Assembly: GCA_965202585.1 (NCBI GenBank)
Contig: OZ241826.1
Coordinates: forward strand, 30,690,001-30,754,000
Source: Thalia democratica
Lineage: Eukaryota
Length of the DNA: 64,000 nucleotides
Direction: 5' to 3'
Part shown: in pieces, positions 12,000 to 23,768 of the stretch
Layout: each line of letters begins with the position of its first letter
Position numbering within the stretch: position 1 is the stretch's first letter
The notes under the pieces: generated by a model
What the model was told of the DNA's origin: nothing
Seen by the model: only the letters and a program-made list of their open reading frames with translations
Database searches by the model: none
Program-made: the position numbers and the translations under genes

Positions 12000-13441
12000 C
12001 TGAAAAAAAAATAGATACTTACTTTGTTGTAGTAAAATTTTAGTATTCAGAAATAAACTTTTGTTTCTACAATTTTATTTCAAGCTCTTAAAAATTTTAC
12101 TTTAATGTTTAATATTTTGTTTTGTAATTTGAAAACACTATATGACGTTTGTTTAACATAAGCAACAACTCTTTTTTATACAAAAAGTTTAAAGAAGTAC
12201 AAACTAATTAAGTATTATCATAATTTTTATTGCTTTTTAATGTCTTTAGCTTTTTGTATATTATACAATTTATTTTCTTTTTTTTGAATTCCAAATTTCT
12301 TTACCGAAAAAAATATTTTCAAATTAATTATCTTTTGTTTAAAAAAAAAAGTTTAAATAACTTTTTTTAAATAGTTTTGAATTTGGCAATTTAACGTGTT
12401 TAACGATTTAAGAGTAGATCATGAAAATTAAACAGAAATTCAAATGTCCAAAATTATAAACTATTAAATAATAAAGTTATTAACAGCAAAGTTAAGGATT
12501 TACTACAATAAATTGAACATAGAAAATTTTATGTTATTAAACATGTTTCATTGTAACTTAACTTTTTTAGAAATAAAAAAAAAAGTTTTTTTTTTTAATC
12601 AGGCGGTTATAACTTTACTGATTTTATGTTAAAAACCGGGTTTTTTAAAGTTTGTGCGTAATTTTAGTTTATTTTGAATTTTATTTTAAAGATTAATATT
12701 GCTAATTAAGTTTGTTTTGAATTGTTTTTGGAGTGCTTAAATAGCACCAATGTATTTTGTACTAATTACTATATTTAAAAAAAAATTAAGAAAAAATAAT
12801 GTTTTTATAAAACTAAGTCTTATGATATTTGCTGTAAAATACTAAAAAATTCGTAGTATTATTATATTTATCACTTGTTTAAACAATCTGGTATTTGTCT
12901 TGAAATTATTTATACAATATTTAAAGCTTTCTTATTACATATAACATTTTTTTCAAAAAACTGTTTATAACAAACATATTTTAAAAGTTAAAAGTTCTTT
13001 GTTCTAAGTTTTCTTTAAATAAAAAGAAAACAACTAACTTTGATAAATAATTAGTAGGATACATTTGTTTTTAGGGTTAAACACAAAGTTTTTTTTTCCA
13101 CAAATTGTCTAATAGTTGCCAAATAGTTTGTGCTAAGCGGCAAATTAAAAAACGAACCAAGTAGTTTATATCATAACAATTCTAAACAAAGTTATTTCTT
13201 AAGTACACAGTCTAAAAAATATGTTATAATAACACCGAATGTTTGTTTATACAGCACATAAATACAGCTTAATAAATATTCTCACCATTTCTCAAAAACT
13301 CTAAAATAACATATATATAGTTTGTATTGTTGTTTAACATACTCAACAAATATTTCTTACATAGTAAACTAAACTCTGTGCAGAATATATCCGATTAATT
13401 TAACACTCTAATCACTTGATTAAGTCAAAAGCATTTGGAAC

Positions 13442-13459
13442 TATATATATATATATATA
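13442..13459. repeat. (TA)n microsatellite
   Basis: Directly visible TA dinucleotide run. Confidence 0.8.
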
Positions 13460-16204
13460 TTACTTTTAACAGTGAAAGACAATGAGTTTAATCTTTTTTT
13501 ATTAAAATTAACGTAAAAAAAAAATAAACAAAGCACTGGATTAAGGTTAATCTTCAGCTTTGTTTGATACAGTTGTATTAAAATAAAAGTTTTTGTGTTT
13601 AAGCTAGATCATTGAGTGGTAAAAAATGGCACTAAGATTATGAGCAATTAGTATTATTACTTAAAATACTGTTCAAATACTTAATACACTAAATCAAATA
13701 AATTTATATGAGTTACTAAGATTAGTTTATTACTTTTTAGTAAGTAGTTAGTTTATAATGATATAATCAAAAATAACCTTACTTTTTTAAAAATTTAGTT
13801 TAATAAAAATGTAATTAACATTAAAATATATTTAAAAAAATTTTATTAATTTTATTTTGAAATATTTAGTATAAACTAAGTTAGTATAAAATAACTTGTA
13901 TTTTATTATAATTTCTATTAAGCAAACTTTAAAGGATAGTTCAGCTTAAAAGTTTTTGATAAACGGTTGTACTTCTTTCAAACAACAATCAAATATCGTT
14001 TAAAAAGTTTGTACTATCATTTTAATATAGGTTTTAATCTTTTTTTTTCGGTTATTACTCATTTGTAGTTGTTTAATTATATCAATAAGTTTTAACTTTA
14101 CATTTGTATTTAAGACATTTGTAGTAAACCTATAAAATTATAAACAAAAATAAATTGAAAATTTTACTCAAGTTGCATCTATATTGAAAAAAACTAAAAC
14201 AAACATCAAATTTTTTAAAAGTAATTTTGAAGAAAAAAATTCTAAAAGTAGTCTATATTCTGTTTTAGGTCTATTTAATGAAGAATTTAAATATAATTTT
14301 TCAGCAACAGTTGAAAAAAAAAGCTTTGCAAATTAAATAGGTCTGCAAATGTTTTAATTTTTAGTTTATACTGCCCTAAAAGTTATTTCTTGTAAACCTG
14401 GCTTAACAACTAGAAAATTCCCGATCAAGTTAAAATGCAATACTCTGAGATAACAAGCAACTTAAATCTTTAAATCTTTAAATCGATAGTTTTTCATTTA
14501 AACAAATTAGTTCATCGTTTATATGCAGTAAAGCTTTTTGAAAAAAAAAAAAATTAATACACACAGCAGGCACGTAGCTTGGTACTTTTTGCATATCTGC
14601 AGAAACGTTTACAGTTTTATTAATTGTTTTTTTTTTACTATCACTAATACCCCCAACCCTTACCTCATTATCGTCATTAAGTTATTATTGATTTTTGAAA
14701 ATGTTTACAAAGTCGGTTGTTATAATTTGCCTATATATCATACTCTTTGTATATTTAATTAAACATTTATACCTTCAAAGATAAATTTTATATGCTTAGG
14801 TTTTGTTATATTAAAGTGATTTAATAGTTATAAAAAATAACACATGTAAAAAAATTTGCAATCAATTATGTATTATAAATCAAATTATATATTTGATTTA
14901 TGTTATTTTTCGATTTTTTAATATCAATATATTAAAGAACATAAGAATTGTAGTTTTTCTTTTAATATTTAGGGAAATTTTTTATACTTCCGTTGTGTTA
15001 AAGTACCACGAAAACACTCTGCTACTTTTTACACTTTTTTCTCGTTTAACCTATTAAACCTTCATAGATCAAGATACTCTGCGGACAAGCACGGGATATA
15101 TATTTAAAAATCTATAGATTTAGTAATTACTGTTTTGAATAAAGTTATCAAACTGTTTTGCACAAATTAGCATACAATATTGAAAAATATTTTTTTTGCT
15201 GAAATATATTTTAAAAATACCCTAAAAATCTTACTTCTTAAATGTTTATTAAGTAAATTCAATTAAAAATAGTCCTTTTTAAAAAGAATCTATTTAATAA
15301 TGAAAACCAATTGTAGCATATAAAAAATAGTTTGTCTAATATGAAAGTCAAATCCTTAAAATATCAGCGAAAGTCTGCAGTGCAGAAGCTTGGACTTTCG
15401 TTTGCCGTGAGACAAGCTCAAGTTAAACAAAAGGGTTGATTATACCAATTCGATTATCTGATCGTAAGTTTTAATTAAACCTTAAAAATATTTATATATA
15501 TATGTTTATAAAAAGCCTAAAAGAAAAATTTTTAAATTTAAATTACTTTAAGTCTATTTTCGCCCAGAAAATATTAAAAATATTAAAAAAAAATAGTTTA
15601 AAAAAAGTTTTCAGGAAATAAAATATTTAAAGTGCTTATTTCAATTTGAAAAAAAAGACATTGTGTACAGTGCAAGGTACGTACCACAAGTATTGAAATA
15701 CCTGTACAAAACAAAAACCATAATCAAAGTGCAACTTATGCTAAAAATGTAGAATTACAAAAACTTATAAATATTCTTATAAAACAAATGTCAACAAACT
15801 GCGGCCCGCGAGTTACTTTTCAGCATAAAACAAACCTTTTAAAAACACTAATAAGAAAGTCTTTTCTAGAACAACTAGGTTTTTAATTTAATATTTTTAG
15901 TTACAAGTCATCTACTGGCAGCTATATTTTATGTTACTAAATACAACTTTATACTCAAAGTTTTACTTCAAAAATCACTAAGTTTAAAACCATAAGTAAA
16001 AAGTTTTTAAGTACTATAGCAAGAACATTTCTAAATATCACAGTTTCAAACTATAAATAATAGTTTTTATGACTTGTGAAAACTTAAAAATTATTACAAG
16101 AATATTTCTTTAAAAAAACTTTTAACGGTATGTAAATGCTATATCTAGTATACAATATTTCTAGTAAACTTGAATAATATTTTACTCTATTTTATCTGAA
16201 AAGT

Positions 16205-16690
16205 CTTTTTTTTTAATTTATCTTAATATATCTATGTAAGTTTCTATAAAAAAAAATAAAAATAAAACTCTTAGGAATTAAAAAAAATATGTTAGAAATT
16301 TATAGTTTTGTACTTTATCAGCTTAATTGACGTAAACTTTGTAGAAATAAAGGTAGTTTTTAAATCTAGAAAAGAAAGTCAAGGGAAAAGATAAAGTACA
16401 TTTATTAATTTAACTAGAAACAGGCAAATAATAATAAGAACTTTAGATCAACGAATTTTTCGAATATAAAAACGCATTGTTTATATGCGGAGGTATAAAT
16501 CATAAAATAAAGAGCAGCATTCAACTGGAATGTTTTAAATTTATTAGGAAAAAATAAGACAATATACTAAAAGCAAATAAAAGATCGTTAATCAAATAAT
16601 CTAATAAATGTCGTTTTCCACAAAATTTTTGAAAAGCTTCAAGTGCTCAATCTTTAATTTTTATTCCTAAGTTATGCTTTAATTTAAATA
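16205..16690 (-). repeat. Degenerate paralog of the EYA-like last exon and 3' region (matches about 19040-19515)
   Basis: Shared blocks ATCAGCTTAATTGACGTAAAC and CAAATAATCTAATAAATG. Residual coding LKLFKNFVENDIY* versus LKLFKSFLETNIY* in copy B, with upstream stops. Confidence 0.7.
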
Positions 16691-16947
16691 CTGTAACAAA
16701 TCACAAATAAAAATAATAAAGCTAAAGTGAAAAACCATAAAACAGTTTCAGATATAAAAATATAAAAGTCATAAAAAGAATCTTCCGTCAACGAATTTTT
16801 AAAAATTTTAAGAAGTATAATTTTCAAGCTATGTTTTGGAAATAGAGTACTTTATATAACTAAGTAAATAAAAAGTTTTAGAAAATTTTGAAGTAATATT
16901 TGAAGATTGAGGGTGTTTTCAAAGGAAGAAAAATATTTTACAAGCAA

Positions 16948-18698
16948 TCAGATTCCCAAACACTGTTTGGCCGAACTCAAGTGTGACATTTTATTAACTT
17001 CGAACATACTTGTGTTGCTCTGTAAAATAAAAAAAACGGTTTATTTATTTATACACTATAAACATAAGTAACTTAAAAAATGTAGTATTATGTAAGTTAA
17101 ATGACTAATTTTGTTGTTGCTTATAAAAGACTATTTTAAACTAACATTAACTATCATAATTTTTATAGGAAATAAATAATTTACAAAAACCTTAGATTTA
17201 CAACGTTTTTACTTTTTAGTTTGTTAGTAAGTAAGTATGTATCATTTTTAGCTTTTAATACTCGAAAGAAATATATGTTGTAGTAAAATTTGGTAATTAA
17301 ATTTAAAAAATAAGATACTTTATTGACTTAGTTGTAAAATATAAACAGCTCTAATTGTAAAATTCCCAAAAATATGCTTTTTTTACCTCAAGTAAACCTG
17401 ATCTTTTAAAGTTAATTTCAAATTTACAACTTTATAAAACTTTTTCAGTTTATATAAAAAACTGATAAGTTATTTTGAAGTTTCTGCTAAAACACGTAGA
17501 TGTCTTTTATGTACATTTACTTTAATTATGTATACTTGTTATTTGAATTATACTTTAATATTACTATATACTTTATATATAACTAAATTTACTAACCGCA
17601 CGGGCATGCTGCCGAGTATCACCGCTTCCAATCACGACATACGAAGTGTTTTTGTTTCCGTATTTCCCCTTAATGCGGTCGTACAGTGAGCTCTTGCCCA
17701 CCTTGTGAGAGCTGTACACGTCCGCAATGTCCACGTACCGGTCGAGACCGAACACTACGAGCTTGGACACCGCCTCCACCAATTTGCTGTTCGTACAAAT
17801 CACTATCTTGGCTCCTAGTCTGTTTAGATTTTTTTTTTGTTTTCGCAGCAGTTTAAAAATTTAGTTTTTTGCAGTTTGTTGTATAATGAGCTTTTGGAGT
17901 TTTAGAAAGTAGTTTTTCTTAACAAGTTTACTAAACTTATTTATTATATTTAAACAGACGGTTTCTATTTATTGCATTTTTTGTATGACAAGGGTACATG
18001 TATGGCCTTTGATTTGGGTCCATTATTTAGTTTTTAAAATCACTAAGCAAGTTGTTATATAGTTTTTAAGCTAAAAGCAAAACATAACCTTAAAAATATT
18101 TCACAAGCATCTTTCACACTAATTTGATTTGTCAACAAAATTTTCAAACTCACTTCGAAACTAGTATGTCCAATAATGCGGCGGACATCTTCAACCACGT
18201 CTTGCTCGGACCGGTCATCTTCTGGTTGTTCTTCTCCAGGGTCCTCTTGGCCGTCAGCACCCCGTCCCTTTCCCCTGTCGGCCCTTGAAGTTGTTGTAAG
18301 TATCCCGGATGTGACGGTATCTGTGATGGTAGTTTTAAAATGGTTGCCTGCGCTAAACATTAAAAACTTTAAAAGTGCACGTGAAATGACTTCCGGAAGT
18401 GTTCATGAAACTAAGTTTCATAATATTTTTACGTTTCATATAAATAAAAACCATAAAAAATAAAAGGTTGTGAAAATTTAAAACCACAAAAAACCACTAA
18501 CGTCAGCTAAAATATTTTTATATCAGTTTTAAAACACAGATCGAGCAAACTATACTTAAAAAGCTTTTGTTACTTTTAAATTTGACATACTTTTACTCAA
18601 AGTATCTACATAAGTCAATAAAATAGAAAATTATACAAATAGCTACAAGTTTTTACCTGAAAGCCATTTTTCTCATCCAATCAATGCTATTTAATAGT
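16948..18698 (-). pseudogene. Tandem partial duplicate of EYA-like gene 3' exons (copy A), one frameshift
   Basis: Exons 18698-18657 (LNSIDWMRKMAFR fragment), 18320-18154 (YRHIRDTYNNF...TGPSKTWL; 167 nt, one base short in the GGGGAAAGGG run), 17819-17597 (LGAKIVICTNSKL...YVVIGSGDTRQHARA) and 17019-16948 (SNTSMFEVNKMSHLSSAKQCLGI*). All have GT-AG boundaries; exon 5-7 phases match copy B. Confidence 0.8.
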
Positions 18699-19432
18699 CT
18701 TCAATTTAAATTACCAAATTATTGACAGTTGTGTTTTATGTTATTATATACAACTCTATATTTAAAGTTTTAGTTCGAAGCTTATTATATTTAAATCCAG
18801 AAGTAAAAAATGTAGAATACAATAGAAAGCATATTGTTAAACATCGATATTTTAAATATTAAGCTACTTAACTTCTACAAATAAAATTTATTATAAATTA
18901 TACAAATAAACAATGTCTATCCAGGATATTTATTACAGAATAAATCTTTAAATTGTATGCAACTACTACATCTAGTTAACAATATCGTTTGAATTATTTT
19001 TAAAACTTGAGAAATAATTGTTATTATATGTTCTCTAATTCTTTTTTTAAATTGATTATTATCTATCTGTGTAAGTCTCTATGGGAAAAAACCAAATAGA
19101 AAATAAAAAACTCAAAATTATTTTGTTCTTTATCAGCTTAATTGACGTAAACCTTAAAGTAATGAAGGCAGTTTTAAAGTTTATGACAAAAATCAATAAA
19201 AAACAAGTACCTTTATAAATAAATATAAAATAGGCTTATTATAATAAAAACTTAAGTTCAACGACTTTTTCTAATTTAAGAACGCAAAATTTTTATGCAA
19301 ATGTTTAAATTATAAAATAAAAAACAGCGTAGTTAATGTTTTATATTTATTAGTAAAAATGAAGCATATAGATCATGTACTAAAAGATAATAATAGATCG
19401 AGAAACAAACAATAGATCGCGAGGCAAATAAT

Positions 19433-22400
19433 CTAATAAATGTTGGTTTCCAAAAAACTTTTGAATAACTTCAAGTCTCCCATCTTGCGTATTGGAACGA
19501 AAGTTGTGATGCTCTGTAAAAAGTAAGTAAATGTTAATATTAATAAGACTACTGAATATAAAACGTTTTAAAATATTACAAAATAAACGTACAACACTTT
19601 TTGGGTTTACATTTAAACTAATAAATTGTATTTTTTCTAGTAACGTTTTACTTTAACTTGAGTTAGGTGTCATCTAAGTAAGAACAAATATGTTATGCAC
19701 TAAAAAGGTTTTTTAGAAATTAAGTTATGAAATAAAAATTTGAGTACCTTTACTTTTAGCCTGTTAAGACCACATCAGTATATAACAAACTTGAAAAATT
19801 TCGGATTTAGAAAATGCTTCTAACTATAATTTTCAGGTTTAATGGAAATTAATATGAAAATCTAACCTGTTGGGCGTGCTCTTTGCTGTTCACAGTCCCA
19901 ATAACCACATACGAGTTGTTGTCTCCGTACTCTTTCTTGATGCGTGCGTACACGGAGCTCTTGCCCACCACTTGAGAGCTGTACACGTCTGCAATGTCCA
20001 CGTACCGGTCCAGACTGAACACCACAAGCTTGGACGCCGCATCCGACAATTCGCTGTTCGTACAAATCAAGTTCTTGGCTCCTGGTCTGTTGAGAAAAAA
20101 TACAATATCTTGGTGTCTGATCTAATCAATGAGTTATAACTTTATTTCAAACTTAAACTACTTGTTAGACCAAGGCATATAGAATAGAAAAAAAAAAGTT
20201 AATAAAAGCAACGTTTATAAGCAAAATGTTTAAATAAAAAAATCTATTATATAAATTAATAGTTTATGATTGATTTTAGTTAGTAAAAAGAAGATCAAAC
20301 TTGTTAGATATAATATTGAGAACGGCTGTGGACGCATCCAACCACTTCTTAGCCGGTCCGGTCATCATCCGTTCCTTGTTTCTTGCACATTTCTCCTTGG
20401 CGTCTCCCACCTCGTTCGGTTCTCCTTGCCAGCTCTGGAACTTCTTGTAGGTGTCACGGATCATGCGGTACCTAAAATGTTGTGTGGACGAGTTTTTTTT
20501 TTAAACTCACTTATGAATGGTACAATAAAACTTTCTTGATGCTAAACTGTTTGCACATATTATTGAGATTTTTATTTAGAATAAAGGCAACAGTAAAATT
20601 AAATATGAAATGAAAGCTGTTGATACTTTTAATCGAAACAAAATAAAAGTGGATGCCAACCTGAACGCTAATTTTTGTAGGAAACCAGTTGAGTTTTGTT
20701 CTAAATGAGTTTCTGGGGCATGGAGAGCAGTGTTGTTAAATCCATCTTGGAAGAAATCGTAATTGGACAGGTCTATGTTAAAGTTGTCGTCTTCCGAAAC
20801 ATCTTCTACATTGGGCTGGCCGTTATTCTGAACAAATAGTTTTTTTTTTCAAATATATTTATTTTTATGATTTATCTTGACGAATATTTTTACAACTCAA
20901 AATCTATAAAGTTTAGTTTAATATAATTGAGCCTATAATTACACCAATTAAAAAAAATTGAGTCATAAAATTGATATTGAAAAATGTTGCAGTATTTAGT
21001 TATTTTAACATAAGTGATGCATGATATAAAGCTAATGTTTATTTATTAGCGCTTCATAGCATTTACAGCACTTCTTTTTAATAAATAGTTCTTTTGTCTA
21101 ATTATTAAAAGTTCTACCTTCAAATGTTTTTTTGTCCGCCTTACATTAATAACATATTAATTGTAATGAGTTAAAAACGTAATAAAATCTCAACACAACA
21201 TAACTTCTTAAAATTTAATTAAGTGAAAATCGTTCTAAGATGTCAATTAAACTTCTAATATTTATTATTTATTATTTAATATTTATAAAAAATTCTTTTC
21301 TAACACTTAAAAACACTTGAAATGGTTTATATGCAACATAATGTATTTATGTTACAGGATTTGAATTGATTAGGCAAACAATTGTTAATTTGTTTTTATC
21401 AACATTTTACTGTTGCTTTAAAAAAAGATGTTGTTTATACTAAGTTTATAGCTTTCTTTTAGTTTAAAGGCAATCTTAACATTTACATTGGTATAACATT
21501 ACATATTTTGCAGTTCATAATTGATTTAATATACATAAAGGATGTCATGTCACAGATTAATATTTTTACATATAAAGATTTAAGTACAAATATGTGCTTA
21601 GATAAAAATATAAATTTAATGTATGAGTTTAGAATGTTTTTATTCAAATTAAAAGGCAGCTCTTTGAGTAAATTCTTTAAAACAGTGTGCGTGTTAAAAG
21701 ACATTTTGACGCTGCTATTGTATTATACGAACAACGAAAAAACTTATTATGTAAACAATACTAGACACTCTGAAACAAACTTCAAGATCGTTCTTGAAGA
21801 AGAAGTTGTGTCCGATGTAGTTTATCATGTCAATTGACCACTCCAACAACATTTTGGTGTCATTCTGTTCCTTATAACTCAATGCAAGCGTTATTGCTGC
21901 TCCAAACACTTTGTTGTCCGGTATAAGCACGTCATTTAAGTCGAATATGTACACTCTCTGTATATAACATGTATTTTAATACAACTGATAAATATTTAAT
22001 ACGTTTTGTATATCTTTATTTATTAACGATGTTATGTATATGTTGAGGTTGACTAATTTTTGAAATACTCCTTTTCGCTGAAAAGATAGGCAATGTTCAA
22101 CTTTAAATAATCGAATTATAAGTAGCAAGTTGATCTTAGCAAAAAGTGTATTCGATAAAACCACCTTTTTTTTTATGTTTGAGAAAAAAAACAAGCATAC
22201 TTATAACATCCGTTGTTTATATTCATAATAGTTTTTGATACGACAATGTCTACTAAAGGCAGTATAAACTATGGTTTAGAAAATATGATCAATAATTGTA
22301 TTAAACATTAGTTGAAAAATTATAAACAGCTGTTATAAATAGCGTAGCATTTTACTCTTTAGTAGTTACTTCAAACTAGTAAAACTATTTTTCTTTGCAA

Positions 22401-23768
22401 ACCTCAGCAAAAAAACTGCCCTTAAGAAACTTAGCTAACAAGTGTTAAGTAGTGAACTACACTTAACTAAACAACTTCAGACAAACTTTTTTAGAGGGAG
22501 GTACTATGGGTTGCTGGGTACCATTCCTTCTTTTTCTTGCTTTCTTGTTAAAATACGTTGATGGGTACCTCATCTCAAAACTCATAAAAGTTTGAGCTGA
22601 AAATGATTGATTTATAAACTTATTGTTTACTTTCTTATGTTAAAATTATATAATAAAATTATTAAAAATATCTATTACAAGCTCTCTTGCATGTATGTAT
22701 ACAATAAAAATAAACTAAATGAATGCTATTGACATTTATTAAAGAACTTTTTTAGTGAATTGAAGTGAAAATAAAACTGTTAAACTCAGACACAGAAAAA
22801 AGTATGCAAAAAAAACATTGCAAATGTACGTGTTTTAAAATATTTAAAAGCCAAAACTTAAAATTAAACTACAAACCTTCAGCTATCGGTAACATCGTAT
22901 ACTTTTTTATTTGTTGTGGTACCAAATTAACCGTATTGTTCAAAGTAGTCATTTGGTTTGAAACAGCTGGCGGGTTAGAATTGGCTTGATGGTCCATACT
23001 ACCTTGATTGTAAACCATCGAACTGTTACTTGCTTGGGGCTGATCAAAGTTTGCCAGCTGGGGGTAATTTGTACTTGCCTGAGAGTAAGTTGGACTTCTT
23101 ACCCGGGAGCCATTTCGGAAGCTTAATTTATGGTTATTGGAGACAGATACTTGGGGTTGAGAAACCCGAAATTGGTTAATCACCGAATTGTTGCTTGCTT
23201 GAGGTTGATTCACACTCACATCAGTCACCAACAGGTAATTAGATGTGCTCGCTTGAGAGTGAATTGGACTTCTTGCTTGGGAACTACTTGGCACGCTTCC
23301 CTGAGGGTTATTTAGGACAGATATTTGGGGTTGAGGAACTAGAGTTTGGTTGAACACCGAACTGTTGCTTGCTTGAGGTTGATTGGCATTCACATCAGCC
23401 ATCAGGTTGTAATTGGATGTACTCGCTTGAGATTGAATGGGAATTCTTGCCTGGGAGCTACAAAGGGCGCTTATCTGAGCGTTGTTTGGCATCGAGGTGT
23501 TATATGGGGGAGGTATCAAGGGTATAGGAACCCAAAACTGAGGTGGATAGGGGTATAGAGGGTAAATATATTCAAAAAAATAGGGCTTGAATAGGCCGGG
23601 TGCTACGGATAATGGTGACGGAATGTATGAAATCTTGTGGCGACTCACTGTAAAAAAAGTGGACAGCTCTTTGGATACCAACTTGACCTCGATAGGCGTC
23701 TTTAAGGACAGAACAGGAAACAGGCGATCTAATGTGTAAAACGACAGGTTCATCGTGGATTGCCTCAT
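19433..23768 (-). CDS. eya: Divergent Eyes-absent (EYA)-like protein, 7 coding exons, 605 aa, degenerate HAD motifs
   Basis: Exons 23768-22877, 22596-22487, 21957-21781, 20827-20661, 20471-20301, 20086-19867, 19513-19433 sum to 1818 nt, are phase-consistent and stop-free, all GT-AG. P/S/Q/T-rich N-terminus, basic KKARKRRN...PP linker, then RVYIFDLNDVLI (EYA RVFIWDLDETII), FFKNDLE, NVEDVSEDDN, QKLAFR|YR, WL, YSS...GK, YVVIGT, F..I....DL. The start codon is inferred from an in-frame upstream stop. It is probably a paralog rather than the canonical ortholog. Confidence 0.9.
23004..23459 (-). repeat. Intra-exonic tandem repeat, 174-nt (58-aa) unit, about 2.6 copies
   Basis: SSQARIPIQSQASTSNY...NQPQASNSSV, SSQARSPIHSQASTSNY...NQPQASNNSV and SRVRSPTYSQASTNY...DQPQASNSSM at aa 104, 162 and 220. 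Confidence 0.85.

Noticed and set aside
18055-18463. ORFs 18055-18360 (-) and 18176-18463 (+)
   Set aside because: Wrong-frame and antisense readings of the EYA-like exon 5 copy.
21483-22194. ORFs 21483-21704, 21508-21837 and 21976-22194
   Set aside because: Intronic or antisense AT-rich frames around EYA exon 3.
23004-23459. Regularly spaced repeats as a CRISPR-like array
   Set aside because: Continuous 174-nt coding repeats in a spliced eukaryotic exon, with no unique spacers and no cas genes.
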